Source: Nitrospirota bacterium (GTDB lineage: Bacteria; Nitrospirota; JACRHL01). Taken from it: a stretch of DNA of 64,000 nucleotides. The stretch is from positions 17,321 through 81,320 of the forward strand of contig JAOUMB010000001.1 in the NCBI GenBank assembly GCA_029881725.1. The letters are read 5' to 3'. The notes beneath the pieces are model-generated. The model was given only the letters and a program-made list of their open reading frames with translations, had not been told where the DNA came from and did not search any database. Shown in pieces: positions 40,281 to 55,171 of the stretch (position 1 is its first letter; each line of letters opens with the position of its first letter). Both the position numbers and the translations under genes were made by a program.

Positions 40281-40991
40281 TTACCCATTGGGAACTCCGG
40301 TTTCGGCTCCCGAGCGCTTCCCAAAGACCTTTCGAAACTGAGCAATGTCCTGAAAAGCAGGCGAAAGGGCCCTCAATTCCTCTTCCGGCAACTCCCACCA
40401 GCGGCTCTCCAGAAGAAAGCGGATATCGTCTTCCTCAAACCGGTATCGAATCAGCCGTGCCGGGTTGCCACCCACGATGGCGTACGGCGGCACATCCTTG
40501 GTAACCACTGCCCCGGCGGCCACCACGGCGCCTGTGCCAATGGTTACGCCACCGGGAATTATTGCCCGGTTGCCAATCCACACGTCGTGGCCGATCTCGG
40601 TGGGCAGCGGATCTTCGTCAAACCCCGGCCGGGTCACAAACGAGCAGCGGCAACCCGAGTTGTCCACCGAAAAAAAAGCCGGATAGGTGGACACGAAATC
40701 CCGCGCCGGGTGGCGGAACATGCCGATCTGCACCTCCTGCCCGATGGAGCAGAAGCGGCCCGCCCGCACATTGACCAGAATGGCCCCCTGCGCGGCATAC
40801 GAAAAATCCCCCAACCCGCTCCGAACCAGCCTGCTACGGTCGTGCGCCACCGAATGCCGCCCCAGGGTGCTCTCGATCACCCGCGCCCCGGCGGCCACCC
40901 GCACATTGCGCTCGGGCGTCGTCTGCCACATTTCCCTTCCGGTCAGCAGTCCCACGCCGCGACGCAGAATCCGCAACAGTCTCCGTATCAT
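40281..40991 (-). CDS. CatB/Vat-related hexapeptide O-acetyltransferase
   Basis: [38 protein letters not shown]. Confidence 0.88.
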   Translation of the reverse strand: MIRRLLRILRRGVGLLTGREMWQTTPERNVRVAAGARVIESTLGRHSVAHDRSRLVRSGLGDFSYAAQGAILVNVRAGRFCSIGQEVQIGMFRHPARDFVSTYPAFFSVDNSGCRCSFVTRPGFDEDPLPTEIGHDVWIGNRAIIPGGVTIGTGAVVAAGAVVTKDVPPYAIVGGNPARLIRYRFEEDDIRFLLESRWWELPEEELRALSPAFQDIAQFRKVFGKRSGAETGVPNG

Positions 40992-41004
40992 GGCGTCCTC
41001 CCCA

Positions 41005-42186
41005 TTATTTCGGGTCTCCGGCAATGCTCCGCCACAGTTTGCGAAACACGACCCGGATGACAAACCTGATGGCCGTGCGCGGCATGTATTTCGCGCAGAA
41101 TTCCTCGAACAGAAGGTGGTCGGACGGCGGTTTAAGGTTCGCGTCCCGCCGACACAGGATCAGGTCCTCCCCCTCAATCCCGTAGATGACGTTGGCAACC
41201 TCCGGTTTCATGCGCAACCCGAAACCCATCCGAGCAGTATTGCTCCTGCGTGTGGTCAGAACATATTCGGCGGCCACCTTGGAGAGGTCTTTCGAACCGT
41301 GCACGTCCACCGCATAGTCGTATCCCCGCAACCGGCCGGTGAGACGATTCAGCCGATCCGGGAGGATCTCGAAATGGGCGTCATACACCGCCACCGCCGA
41401 ATCCAGTGACTGAAACCGGAAAGGTGTTCCCTCCCGGGCCAGCGGCACCTGAAACATCAGGGTGGTCGACAGAAAGTGGGTCCCCGGTTCTCCTGTGTTG
41501 GTGGTCAGGCTTACTCGCGGAAAGACAAAATACCGGTCGCTCTCCACCATGTATTTGATAAAGCGCTTCAGCCACGAGCTGTCCGGCCAAGCGATGACCG
41601 AATCGGGCAACGGGTCGTCCTTGGATACCCCTTTTCCATCCCCATACCATTGCCGGAATGCGCTCCATTGGGTAGCGCTCCACGCCTGCCCCCAGGAGGA
41701 GGCAAACTGGATGAAAAACACGTCGCCCAGGTCGGGGACGGGGGAGAACGGCCTTGCCAGATAGGGAACCAGCGTGTGGCAATACAGCGAAATCCCGGCG
41801 ATGCGCGGGTCGTCACGGTAACTGTCCTGGGCATCCATCGTGTACCGGTAAAACGCGGGGGACACCAGCAGGTCATCCTCCAGGACGATAACCCCGCCGT
41901 ACTCCAGGGACAGGTCCCCACACGCGAGAATGTGCTCCCGCAGCCCCAGATTTTCCGGGTGTTCAATAATCCGTTTGGGGCCAAACCGCCAGTCAAACGC
42001 CCGTGCGGCCGTCGCCACCGCATCGGTATCGCTCTTGTCGATGCTGATGACCAGGGTCACCGGCTCCTCCGGATAGGCTGCCTGCGCCAGGGTACCCAGC
42101 AACCGGACGAGGGCGTCGGGGCGGTTATAGGCGGCCACCACAATGGCCGGGATTTTTCCGCTGTTCACGGTTTGTTGGTCGGTCAC
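41005..42186 (-). CDS. GT-A fold glycosyltransferase
   Basis: [25 protein letters not shown]. Confidence 0.8.
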   Translation of the reverse strand: MTDQQTVNSGKIPAIVVAAYNRPDALVRLLGTLAQAAYPEEPVTLVISIDKSDTDAVATAARAFDWRFGPKRIIEHPENLGLREHILACGDLSLEYGGVIVLEDDLLVSPAFYRYTMDAQDSYRDDPRIAGISLYCHTLVPYLARPFSPVPDLGDVFFIQFASSWGQAWSATQWSAFRQWYGDGKGVSKDDPLPDSVIAWPDSSWLKRFIKYMVESDRYFVFPRVSLTTNTGEPGTHFLSTTLMFQVPLAREGTPFRFQSLDSAVAVYDAHFEILPDRLNRLTGRLRGYDYAVDVHGSKDLSKVAAEYVLTTRRSNTARMGFGLRMKPEVANVIYGIEGEDLILCRRDANLKPPSDHLLFEEFCAKYMPRTAIRFVIRVVFRKLWRSIAGDPK

Positions 42187-42232
42187 GCGGCGCTCCCCCG
42201 GCGGCTGTGAATGGCTTGAATCCTCATGTCGA

Positions 42233-43159
42233 TTACCGGCCGATCAACATGGCAAGACGACCCACATAGTCCATCAATGGAGCGACTTCTTCGACCTGAT
42301 ACTGCTGCCAGTACGGATACCTTTCCCGATCTCTGAACCACACCTTGATCATGCCCTTGAAAACCAGTCTTCCTGCAGTCAGGAAAAACCGCCCAACCCA
42401 GTCTCGCCAACGCCAACCGTAATCTCCAAACAATACGTAACCTGACTTCCCGATCAGGTAACGAACCCTGAAATAATGGGGAACGGTCATTTTTCGGGGA
42501 GGCGCCAGGTGTTCCACCATCAATTCCGGATGGTAATACGCCTTTAACCCCGGTTTATATTCCCTGGCGTGGCGAATCAACAAGGTCTCCTCTCCAAACG
42601 CAAACGCATCCCCTTTTGGCCCGACCTCCGTATCAAACCCACCCAATTTATCAAGCAGGTCCTTCTGAAAAAACAGATTGGAGCCAGAAATATATTGTCT
42701 GTCATTCAGCCACCCCGGGGTATCCAGAACGCGGCGGATTTCATATTGGTCCTTAAACCACACAGGTCTGTTGGTCAGGTAAAACGGGTAGATCGATCCA
42801 CCGAAAATATCCGGCTCATGCTCGCGGATGATCTCAATCGCACGGCTGATCCAGTCGGGCATGGCACGGGCATCGTCATCCATGAACGCCACATAGGCGG
42901 CGCGCGCTTCGCGCCACCCTGCATTTCGGGCCACGCTGGCTCCCGGAACCGGCTCATCGATCACTTTGAAAAAAGGGTATTTAGCTGCATATTCCGCAGC
43001 AATTTCCGCAGTGTTATCGGTGCAATTGTTATTGACGATGATGACTTCATACTGGCCTTCGCATCCAACCTGCCGCACCAGCGAGTTAAAACAGCCGTCC
43101 AGAAGGTCCGCTCGATTATAGGTGGCCACCACCACGCTGATGATCGGGGTTCCACTCAT
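42233..43159 (-). CDS. GT2 glycosyltransferase
   Basis: SVVVATYNR, NNNCTD, ARNAG, FMDDDA. Confidence 0.88.
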   Translation of the reverse strand: MSGTPIISVVVATYNRADLLDGCFNSLVRQVGCEGQYEVIIVNNNCTDNTAEIAAEYAAKYPFFKVIDEPVPGASVARNAGWREARAAYVAFMDDDARAMPDWISRAIEIIREHEPDIFGGSIYPFYLTNRPVWFKDQYEIRRVLDTPGWLNDRQYISGSNLFFQKDLLDKLGGFDTEVGPKGDAFAFGEETLLIRHAREYKPGLKAYYHPELMVEHLAPPRKMTVPHYFRVRYLIGKSGYVLFGDYGWRWRDWVGRFFLTAGRLVFKGMIKVWFRDRERYPYWQQYQVEEVAPLMDYVGRLAMLIGR

Positions 43160-44100
43160 TGGTTCCACAACTCCCTCTCAATCCATTTTCCCAGCCGGGC
43201 ACGAACCAGAGGAAACAGTCGGAATCCGGCCATGGAATCCAGAACCCCCGCAACGCTGGCCGGAGTACGGAAGGAGAAGAGGTCCAGTTTCATTGCCTTC
43301 AGAAAGTGGCTACGGGCTTCTGATATCTCACCCCCGGAATAAAGCTGTTCCGCACCGTGATAGTTGTGCCATGAGCGGATCCGACTCTCCTGACGCAACA
43401 CCCTCTGATCCCGGCACTGCCGAAAAAACCGTTCCAGAATCACCTCCCGTTCGCGCACAAACGGTATCCGGCTGCCACCGGTTTTGCTTTCATCATGCAG
43501 ACGAAACATCGCCAGGGGTTCATGCAGATACGCAAAATTAAAGGACAGGCTCGCCCGGTACCAGAAATCCACGTCCATCACGTAGTGAAGCGCCGGATCA
43601 AACGATTCCAGGGCATCCAAAACTCTGCGTCGGATAAACACGGTGGGTTGAAAGATAAAATTGCGGCACAATTGAACGGCCACATTAAATGGTCGGCTCT
43701 TCCACACCTGCTTTCGGCGCCCTTCTGCATCGATTACCGTCAAATCCGAATAAACCAGGTCCACTTCAGGGTGCTGCTCAAAATATTCCGCCACGCGCCA
43801 GAACGCGCCCGGCTCGTACAGGTCGTCCGAGTTCAGGTAGGCGACGATATCGCCGGTGCTCCTGCGCAACCCCTTGTTGATGGCGTCGGTCTGCCCGTTG
43901 TCCGGTTCGCTCACCCACCAGGCCAGCCGGTCCGCGTATTTTTCGATGACGTCGACGCTGTTGTCGGTGGAGCCGCCGTCCACCACCATGTATTCCAGAT
44001 TCGGATAATCCTGATCCAGCACCGAACGGATGGTTGCGTCCAGAAATTGTCCCTGGTTGAAGGACGGGGTGACGACGGAGATGCGGGGCATTTCAATCAT
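43156..44100 (-). CDS. GT2 glycosyltransferase (WfgS-like)
   Basis: SVVTPSFNQG, SEPDNGQTDAINKG, LNSDD. Confidence 0.9.
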   Translation of the reverse strand: MIEMPRISVVTPSFNQGQFLDATIRSVLDQDYPNLEYMVVDGGSTDNSVDVIEKYADRLAWWVSEPDNGQTDAINKGLRRSTGDIVAYLNSDDLYEPGAFWRVAEYFEQHPEVDLVYSDLTVIDAEGRRKQVWKSRPFNVAVQLCRNFIFQPTVFIRRRVLDALESFDPALHYVMDVDFWYRASLSFNFAYLHEPLAMFRLHDESKTGGSRIPFVREREVILERFFRQCRDQRVLRQESRIRSWHNYHGAEQLYSGGEISEARSHFLKAMKLDLFSFRTPASVAGVLDSMAGFRLFPLVRARLGKWIERELWNQ

Positions 44101-44106
44101 GCGGCG

Positions 44107-44988
44107 CTAGGAGAACAGGGAGTCGTAGTCGACCCGTTCAAACACATCCAGAAAACCGCCCTTGGTGGCGTTGTAAATACGAATTCCGTGCCGTTCGGCA
44201 TAGGTCCTTTGCCGGCGGTACCCTTCCCACATTCTGACCACGGCACTGGCCAGTTTGTCGTAGGGCCAGTCACCAACACCCGTATCTCCCGGTTGGGGGG
44301 GGAAGAAGTGCCGGTACCCTTCCTGGCCATATTTCAACCAATCATGGTCCATGCCGATCAGATAGATTTCACTGGCCCCCATGTACATCGCCAACTGGAT
44401 GCACATGACCGGCGTGGTTTGACACGAAGGCAGTGGACGGGTCAAGTCGAGTTCGAACCCTTCCACGGTGGGATCCACGTCCCCTCGCTGGTACAGATAA
44501 CGCAGATCCTTACCCGCAAACACGCCGCTTTCTTCCAGCGCCTGCCGGGCCTGCACCGGAACAAAATAGCTCTTTGCCCGCACCCGCTCGGATACACCGG
44601 AAACAAACTCCTGCACCCAGGGGTCGGACGCAATCTCCTTGATTTTCGGGTCCACCCCCACCCAATAGGTCGGGCTCCACCTGTCCAGCAGGGGTGAACG
44701 GTGGAACAGGTTGACCACAAAGGTGACTTCACCAAAAATGCGGGTCAGGTCGAGTTCGTTCAAGGAGGGTCCGTTGCCCAGAATAAAACAGCGCCGACCG
44801 TCCAGCGCCCCTTTGAGGTCGGCGTTGCGGCTCAGGGCTTTCCTTCCGCTGTCGCCAACCTCCTGGAGCCTCACTTCCTCCAGACGTTTCCGCTCCTGCG
44901 CTTGCAGCTTCCGATGGTGGGCCTCGACCAGGCCATGGGGCGTGATCCACCGGGCCATTCGGCGCATCGTTTGGGATATCCCTTTCAT
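44107..44988 (-). CDS. DUF115 / MptE-like (Maf-related) protein
   Basis: RCFILGNGPSL, AMYMGASEIYLIGMD, IYNAT.GG.LDVF.RV. Confidence 0.75.
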   Translation of the reverse strand: MKGISQTMRRMARWITPHGLVEAHHRKLQAQERKRLEEVRLQEVGDSGRKALSRNADLKGALDGRRCFILGNGPSLNELDLTRIFGEVTFVVNLFHRSPLLDRWSPTYWVGVDPKIKEIASDPWVQEFVSGVSERVRAKSYFVPVQARQALEESGVFAGKDLRYLYQRGDVDPTVEGFELDLTRPLPSCQTTPVMCIQLAMYMGASEIYLIGMDHDWLKYGQEGYRHFFPPQPGDTGVGDWPYDKLASAVVRMWEGYRRQRTYAERHGIRIYNATKGGFLDVFERVDYDSLFS

Positions 44989-46052
44989 TCAATCAGATCC
45001 CAGGATGCGGGGGTGCCGCGCCGAACACTACGGGTCACCCGCTTTCCCATCAATGTGCCAATGAACTTGGGGGGTAATCCATGTCCCGGTCGAATGGCAC
45101 GCAGGTTTTCCCCGGAAAAAGCCTCTCCCGCCTCCATATCCTTCACCACATAGAGAGAGCGTCGAAACCGGATGGAGGCCCGTTCTTTTTCGGTGGGGCC
45201 GTACGAAATGCTGCCCAATGCCTGCCAGGCCCGCTCACTTTCGACCACCAGCGCCTTCAGTTCACCCGGTTCCAGCGAAAAAGCGGAATCCACCCCGCCA
45301 TCGGCCCGCGCCAGGGTGAAGTGCTTTTCAAGGAGCGTGGCCCCCAACGCCACGCTGGCCACCGCCACCCCAACGCCCATCGTGTGGTCCGACAGCCCCA
45401 CCTGACAACCAAATAACTCCCGCATGTGGGGTATGGTGAGGATGTTGGTGTTTTCCGGGGTGGCCGGATAGCTGCTGGTGCATTTGAGCAGAATCAGGTC
45501 CCCGCAACCGGCCTCCCGCGCGGCGGTGACTGCTTCGTCCAGCTCGGCCACGGTGGCCATGCCGGTGGAGATGATCATCGGCTTTCCAGTGGCGGCCACC
45601 TTGCGGATCAAAGGCAGGTCGATATTCTCGAACGATGCGATCTTGTAAGCGGGAACGCCCAGTTCCTCCAGAAAATCCACGGCGGTTGCGTCGAACGGGG
45701 AACTGAACGCCACCAGCCCGCGCTCCTTGCACCGGTCCAGAATCGGCCGGTGCCATTCCCAGGGGGTATGTGCCTTCTGGTACAGGGCATACAGATTTTC
45801 TCCATGCCACAGGCTGGAGGGGTCATCGATGGCAAACTCCCCCTCCTTCAGGTCCAGGGTCATTGTGTCCGCGGTATAGGTCTGAAGCTTGAGCCCGTGC
45901 GCGCCCGCATCGGCGGCCGCATCGACAATCTCCAGCGCCCGCTCGAGGGACTGATTGTGGTTGCCGGACATCTCGGCAAGGACGAAGGGCGGATGAGCCG
46001 GCCCAACCGAAACCCCACCAACGGAGATGACTGTACTGTCTTTTTCCACCAT
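44985..46052 (-). CDS. pseI: Pseudaminic acid synthase
   Basis: AEMSGNHNQSLERA, KLQTYTADT, AHTPWEWH, GLSDHT, C-terminal SAF domain. Confidence 0.95.
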   Translation of the reverse strand: MVEKDSTVISVGGVSVGPAHPPFVLAEMSGNHNQSLERALEIVDAAADAGAHGLKLQTYTADTMTLDLKEGEFAIDDPSSLWHGENLYALYQKAHTPWEWHRPILDRCKERGLVAFSSPFDATAVDFLEELGVPAYKIASFENIDLPLIRKVAATGKPMIISTGMATVAELDEAVTAAREAGCGDLILLKCTSSYPATPENTNILTIPHMRELFGCQVGLSDHTMGVGVAVASVALGATLLEKHFTLARADGGVDSAFSLEPGELKALVVESERAWQALGSISYGPTEKERASIRFRRSLYVVKDMEAGEAFSGENLRAIRPGHGLPPKFIGTLMGKRVTRSVRRGTPASWDLIE

Positions 46053-46060
46053 TTCTCCTC

Positions 46061-46312
46061 TCACGCTCCGGATCGGGCTGGCACCACATGACGCATCAGA
46101 CAAAACGCTTCGGCAGCACCCGTGCCCACACTCGCTCCGCGCCAACGGGCCAAGTGTTCCACCGCTTCCCTGGAGCGAGCGTGTGGCCACGGTCTCATTT
46201 CCTCCTGGTAGCAATCCAGAGCCGCCAGCTTGATGGCCCCGCACGACGATACAACGTCAGCGAGAACCAGCGGAAAATCGGTAGCCACCACGTATGCCTG
46301 CTCGTCAGGCAT
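46061..46312 (-). pseudogene. Remnant ending in a PIG-L/LmbE deacetylase C-terminus
   Basis: KLAALDCYQEEMRPWPHARSREAVEHLARWRGASVG..AAEAF; the N-terminal HPDD catalytic part is absent. Confidence 0.65.
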
Positions 46313-46335
46313 CGTCTTTCGCTTTCCGCGGATGC

Positions 46336-47901
46336 TTAGCCCGCGGTTTCCGCAACAGGGTTTTGAACCCACAGCCCGTCTTTCCCCAACAGATATCCTT
46401 CACGTTCAAACAACATTCTGGAGCCCGTATTCTGATCCAGAATCTCCGCCTTGATCTCGGCGTACGGGACCAGTCTCCTGGCACACCGGATTGCTGCGCC
46501 TCCCACCCCCTGCCGCTGATGGTCCGGAGCTACAAGAAGGGAAACCTCGTACACGTCTCGGTTTTCTTCCCCCTCCAGGCTGTCGAGCCTTAATACCCCT
46601 GCTGGCTGCCGCTTATGTATCACAATATTCAGCAGGCACGACGGATCACTCAATCGAGACTTAAACCAGGACACATGCTCATCAAAAGACGGTACGCTCG
46701 GATTCCGGCAATGCGTCCGCATTCCCGGAGTGGACTGCCATTCAAATACCCGCTGAATATCCTCCGTTCGGGCCGGGCGCACCCACACCGGATTTTTATC
46801 GGTCGCGAACTCCGGAACCAGCCGCTGTCCCACACGCCCCGTCCCCAATCCGTCACACATCCTGGCCGCTTCCAGGGACATTCGGGTCAAGCGTTCTGGA
46901 TCTTCCGCAAGGTTCCTCAGTGAAGTCGCGATATGTTCCGGGTCCACACTCCGAAAATTCCCCAGGTTAACGGCTGCACCGGCGCGTTCCATGATGCCGG
47001 CGACCAGCATCTGGTTCTCTGCAATCACCAAAGTCATCGAAGGGAGCCCCATACAGCAACGTTCCCAGGAAGTGGTGCCAGCCGCCCCGATCCCGATGTC
47101 CGCGTGTGCCATCAACTCGGGTATGTTGCCCGGGCTCACATGTACGGCAACGTCCAGCGACGATTCCTCACACCAGTGTCGCACCACTTCCAGATGCGGT
47201 GCGCCATGCGCCAGAATGACATCCACGGTCCATTGAAATCCGCTTAAGGCGATCGCCTCGAGCACGGTTTTCGTCACGTTATCCGGATCCAAAGCCCCCA
47301 TGCCCACCAAGATGCGCGCAACGCCTTTACGTGATCGACGTCGGGCCAACGAAGTCGTCCGCACCTGATTGAACTCCGGCCGCAACAGTGCATACGCGCT
47401 ACCGGTCATCGTATGGGCGGATGGCGCCAAGGCCTGATAATCCCCCGGCAGACGCCCAAAGGTCTGATCCAGAAGCAAATCGCAATCGTGGTGCCGATCC
47501 GCCAGATCATCAATCACCATGATTCGCTCCACATGAGGACGCAAGACCCTCTCCCAATTGGCATCGATCGCGTAATGGTCCACGATCAGCCAGTCCGGAC
47601 GCACTGCCATTTCCCGGATAGCCCCCACCGTCTGCTCCGCGTCCATGGCCACGGAAGCACCCAGCCAGTGCGCATGCCCCTCCTGCCGGGCTTCCTCCTG
47701 GAAACCGTCGATTCCGGGCAGGCGGGAGACCGGATAGCTCCGTTCCCGCTCGACCCAATCACACAGGTTTCCCGGGTGTTCACGGAATATAAAATGAACC
47801 TGGTGCCCCTCCTCCCGAAGCCGGTCAGCCAGGGCCAGGCAGCGCATGACGTGGCCGGTACCAATCATCAGGGCGGCATCTGTGCGGAACACGAATTTCA
47901 T
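46336..47901 (-). CDS. pseG: PseG UDP-sugar hydrolase fused to a GNAT (PseH-like) domain
   Basis: FRTDA...IGTGHVMRCL, IVDHY, IDDLADR, AAGTTSWER; C-terminal GNAT with QRQGVG. Confidence 0.88.
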   Translation of the reverse strand: MKFVFRTDAALMIGTGHVMRCLALADRLREEGHQVHFIFREHPGNLCDWVERERSYPVSRLPGIDGFQEEARQEGHAHWLGASVAMDAEQTVGAIREMAVRPDWLIVDHYAIDANWERVLRPHVERIMVIDDLADRHHDCDLLLDQTFGRLPGDYQALAPSAHTMTGSAYALLRPEFNQVRTTSLARRRSRKGVARILVGMGALDPDNVTKTVLEAIALSGFQWTVDVILAHGAPHLEVVRHWCEESSLDVAVHVSPGNIPELMAHADIGIGAAGTTSWERCCMGLPSMTLVIAENQMLVAGIMERAGAAVNLGNFRSVDPEHIATSLRNLAEDPERLTRMSLEAARMCDGLGTGRVGQRLVPEFATDKNPVWVRPARTEDIQRVFEWQSTPGMRTHCRNPSVPSFDEHVSWFKSRLSDPSCLLNIVIHKRQPAGVLRLDSLEGEENRDVYEVSLLVAPDHQRQGVGGAAIRCARRLVPYAEIKAEILDQNTGSRMLFEREGYLLGKDGLWVQNPVAETAG

Positions 47902-47994
47902 GCCTGCAACAAACGTCCTCTGTTCATCATTGTTCTAACTCCTGAATAGAGAGTGGATGTTTGCTCCAGCAAGGCACTCCCCTTGTGGTGCCCT

Positions 47995-48721
47995 TTAAAC
48001 GTGTTTTTGTCCCACATGGGCATTGATTTCCAACAGGGACGGACGGCTTCCAACCAGCCGCAATACGTCCGCATAGCCAAACCGCGGGTTATCCGGCCAC
48101 AGGGCCGCATAAACTTCCCGTATCAGGCGCAGGTCGTCCGGCTCGTCCACCGTCCAGCGCAGGTGGCTATGATCCTCCGAATCCACCAGGTGCCCCTGCG
48201 GAAAGCGCTCCGGGCGGCGCCAGATGAACGGGGTCACGTGTTCCCGCTCCCCCGGCTCCACGGCCTCCCGGCTGGCGGCTTCCAGCGCGTCCCGGCTGAA
48301 CACCTCCACATCCAGCCCGCGTGGAAACGTCCGCTGGTGACAGTTGGACACATAGGCCACCGCCGGGGCAGCAGCCGCATACGCCTCCACACACCGATCG
48401 ATCACCTGGGGATCGATCAACGGACAATCGGACGTGATCCGAACCACCACGCCAGCTTTCGCCGCCTGCGCGGCTCCCTGATACCTGGCCAGCACATCGT
48501 CCGTGCTGCCGCGCCATACCGAAACGCCCAATTGTTCGCACAGGGCCAGGATAGGTGCTTCCGTTCCATCGTCGGTGGTGGCGATCCACACCTGTTTCAA
48601 GCGGGAGGCGCGTCGCACCCGTTCCAGCACGTGCCACAGCAGCGGTTTTCCCTGCAGGTCCATCATCACCTTGCCGGGCAGCCGCGTGGAGGTCATGCGC
48701 GCCTGAATGATGGCGACCACT

Positions 48722-48729
<8 letters not shown>
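47995..48729 (-). CDS. SpsF-type cytidylyltransferase (probable PseF function)
   Basis: IIQARMTSTRLPGK, DDVLARY, RITSDCP, REHVTP, RWTVD...D. Confidence 0.85.
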
Positions 48730-52177
<3,448 letters not shown>

Positions 52178-52186
52178 GGTCCGCTA

Positions 52187-53023
52187 CTACACCAGATCCG
52201 CATAGGTGGCTTCCATGCGCCGGAACATGTACGCACCCAGCACCAGGAAAAACAGGGAAATCCCCACCGACCCGTACAGCGCCGGGTTGGGTGGCGTAAC
52301 CGTCGAAAACATGCTCCAGCGGGTCAGTTCGATCACCCCCACCACCGGGTTTAACCCGTACAGCCACTGCCATTTTTCCGGGATCATCGACAGTGGATAA
52401 ATGACTGGTGAGGCAAACATTCCCACCCGAACGATAAACGGCACCAGTTGCCCCACGTCCCGGTATTTGATGTTCAGCGCGGAAAAGCACAGCCCAACCC
52501 CCAGCGCCGAGACCCAAGCCCACACCAAGCCCAACGGCACCGCCCACAGGGCGTGCCAACTGGGCACCATGCCCTTCAACAGAGTGGCCGCCAGCAACAC
52601 CAGTATCGCCACCAGCGCATCCACCAGTGGCACCGCGGTGGCGGCCAGGGGCGTAATCACCCGTGGAAAATAGACCTTGGTCAGTAGCGCCCGCTGACTC
52701 ACGAGCGAGTTGGAGACATCCGCTAACGCCGAGGCGAAGAAGGTCCAGGGAATTATCCCGGCCAGGAAAAACAGCGGGTAGGGGATGTCTCCCGATGGCA
52801 TGCGCGCCCAGATGCCAAAGATGATCGAGAAGATGACCGCCATCAGAACCGGGTTCAGCACCGCCCACATCAGCCCCAGCGCGGTCTGCTTGTAGCGCAC
52901 CGACACGTCGCGCCACACCAGTTGCAGCAGCAGTTCACGGAACGACCACAATTCCGAAAAGCGGAACGGGTGGACTCCGGTGGCCGGGGAGATGACCGTT
53001 TCAGTGTCGGCTCTGGAGGTCAT
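52187..53023 (-). CDS. wzm: Polysaccharide ABC exporter permease
   Basis: RD..VRYKQT.LG..WA.L.P, KVYFPR, YRDV, LNP. Confidence 0.93.
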   Translation of the reverse strand: MTSRADTETVISPATGVHPFRFSELWSFRELLLQLVWRDVSVRYKQTALGLMWAVLNPVLMAVIFSIIFGIWARMPSGDIPYPLFFLAGIIPWTFFASALADVSNSLVSQRALLTKVYFPRVITPLAATAVPLVDALVAILVLLAATLLKGMVPSWHALWAVPLGLVWAWVSALGVGLCFSALNIKYRDVGQLVPFIVRVGMFASPVIYPLSMIPEKWQWLYGLNPVVGVIELTRWSMFSTVTPPNPALYGSVGISLFFLVLGAYMFRRMEATYADLV

Positions 53024-53988
53024 CCCCGCACCGTGCCCTTCTCCCGCTCCGCGTGAAAATCCGCCACCGACTGGCGCACGCCGTCTTCCAGGCCGATGGT
53101 TGGCGTCCAGCCCAGCGCGGTGAGCCTGGACGTATCCAGCAGCTTGCGCGGGGTGCCGTCGGGTTTCGTCGCATCCCACACGATGTCGCCGGTAAAACCG
53201 GTGAGCTTTTGCACCAGCTCCGCCAGTTCACGGATAGAGATGTCCTTGCCCCATCCGGCGTTGATGAGCGGCATGGCGTCCTTGTCCGCATGCACCCGAT
53301 CGGCCAGATACAGGCAGGCGTCGGCCAGGTCGTCCACGTGCAGAAACTCGCGGCGCGGGGTGCCGGATCCCCACAGGGTGACGGTAGCGTCGCCCCGCTC
53401 GGCAGCTTCGGTGAACTTGCGGATCATGGCCGGCAGCACGTGGGAGCCGTTCAGGTCGTAGTTGTCGCCAGGGCCGTACAGGTTGGTGGGCATCACCGCG
53501 ATGTAGTCGGTGCCGTATTGCCGGTTATAGGCCTCGCACATGGAGATTCCGGCAATCTTGGCCACCGCGTAGGGGGCGTTGGTGGGCTCCAGCGGGCCGG
53601 TCAGGAGGTGGTCCTCCTTCATGGGCTGGGGGCACTCGCGGGGGTAGATGCAGGAGGAGCCGAGAAAGACCAGCCGCTGCACCCCGGACTTCCACGCCTG
53701 ATGAATCACGTTGTCCTGAATGGCCAGATTGTCGCGGATGAACTCCGCGGGAAAGGTGTTGTTGGCCAGGATTCCGCCCACTTTGGCGGCGGCCAGAAAC
53801 ACCACCTGGGGCCGTTCGGCGGAAAAGAAGTCCGCCACGTCGGCCTGACAGGTCAGGTCCAGTTCGGCGCGGGTGCGGGTGATGATGGATTCAAAGCCCG
53901 CCGCCGCAAGGCGCCGCACCAGCGCGGCACCCACCATGCCGCGATGGCCCGCCACGAACACGCGGGCCGTTTTGGCCAGTTCGCTCAT
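53020..53988 (-). CDS. fcl: GDP-L-fucose synthase
   Basis: [35 protein letters not shown]. Confidence 0.96.
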   Translation of the reverse strand: MSELAKTARVFVAGHRGMVGAALVRRLAAAGFESIITRTRAELDLTCQADVADFFSAERPQVVFLAAAKVGGILANNTFPAEFIRDNLAIQDNVIHQAWKSGVQRLVFLGSSCIYPRECPQPMKEDHLLTGPLEPTNAPYAVAKIAGISMCEAYNRQYGTDYIAVMPTNLYGPGDNYDLNGSHVLPAMIRKFTEAAERGDATVTLWGSGTPRREFLHVDDLADACLYLADRVHADKDAMPLINAGWGKDISIRELAELVQKLTGFTGDIVWDATKPDGTPRKLLDTSRLTALGWTPTIGLEDGVRQSVADFHAEREKGTVRG

Positions 53989-55043
53989 TCGTGATGGACC
54001 CGCGTATCAATGGTGTGCCCGGCTTTTTTGAGGGTGTTCTCCCGCTCGGCCAGATCCAGATCGTGATCCACCATCATCGCCACCAGCCCGTCGATGTCCA
54101 CCTTCGGGTCCCACCCCAGCACCTTTTTGCTCTTGGTGGGGTCGCCCAGCAGCAGTTCCACCTCGGCGGGACGGAAGTAGCGGGGATCGATCTCCACGAA
54201 CTGCTCCCAATCCAGTTCCAGCCGCCCGAATACCTTCTGCACGAATTCGCGCACCGAGTAGGTCTTGCCGGTGGCGATCACAAAATCGTCCGGGGTGTCC
54301 TGTTGCAGCATGCGCCACATGGCTTCCACATAATCGCCCGCAAAACCCCAGTCGCGCTTGGCGTCCATGTTGCCCAGATACAGCTTGTCCTGAAGCCCCA
54401 GCTTGATGCGGGTGGCGGCGCGGGTGATCTTGCGGGTCACAAAGGTTTCGCCGCGGCGGGGGGACTCGTGGTTGAACAGGATGCCGTTGGTGGCAAACAT
54501 GTCGTAGGCCTCCCGGTGGTTCACCGTCTGCCAGTAGCCGAATACCTTGGCCACCGCATAGGGGCTGCGCGGGTGGAACGGGGTGCTTTCGGTCTGCGGG
54601 GTTTCACGCACCTTGCCATACATCTCGGAGGAGCAGGCCTGATAAAAGCGCACCTCGTGCCCGGTGCGGTCCCGGTAGTCCCGCAGGGCCTCCAGCAGGC
54701 GCAGGGTGCCCACCGCCACCACGTCGGCGGTATACACCGCTTCGTCGAAGGACACCTTCACGTGGGACTGGGCGCCCAGGTTGTATACCTCGTCCGGCTT
54801 CACCTGCTCCACGATGTGACGCAGGTTGGCACCGTCGGCCAGATCACCGTAATGCAGAAACAGGCGCGCCCCCTTCTGGTGCGGATCCTGATAGATATGA
54901 TCGATGCGCTGGGTATTGAAGGTGGAGGCGCGGCGGATGATCCCGTGCACCTCGTACCCCTTGTCCAGCAGCAACTCGGCCAGATACGAGCCGTCCTGTC
55001 CGGTAATTCCGGTAATCAGTGCAACCTTGCGTTCACTCGACAC
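53985..55043 (-). CDS. gmd: GDP-mannose 4,6-dehydratase
   Basis: [35 protein letters not shown] start after GAGGA. Confidence 0.97.
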   Translation of the reverse strand: MSSERKVALITGITGQDGSYLAELLLDKGYEVHGIIRRASTFNTQRIDHIYQDPHQKGARLFLHYGDLADGANLRHIVEQVKPDEVYNLGAQSHVKVSFDEAVYTADVVAVGTLRLLEALRDYRDRTGHEVRFYQACSSEMYGKVRETPQTESTPFHPRSPYAVAKVFGYWQTVNHREAYDMFATNGILFNHESPRRGETFVTRKITRAATRIKLGLQDKLYLGNMDAKRDWGFAGDYVEAMWRMLQQDTPDDFVIATGKTYSVREFVQKVFGRLELDWEQFVEIDPRYFRPAEVELLLGDPTKSKKVLGWDPKVDIDGLVAMMVDHDLDLAERENTLKKAGHTIDTRVHHE

Positions 55044-55154
55044 GATGTCCTCCACACGCGACAATCCACCGGTAATGCTCCGGCGCCCAACGCCGAATAT
55101 TCCTCATCGGAAGGTCAGACGCATCCGTTCACACATTCGACACGCCCGAATCAT

Positions 55155-55171
55155 TGTTCACCATGTGAACA
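55155..55171. promoter_or_regulatory. Perfect palindrome TGTTCAC-N3-GTGAACA upstream of gmd
   Basis: Seen directly in the intergenic region about 110 bp upstream of the glycan operon. Confidence 0.45.

Noticed and set aside
40281..40991. Antibiotic resistance gene (CatB/Vat)
   Set aside because: It is embedded in a glycan operon, so sugar O-acetylation is more parsimonious
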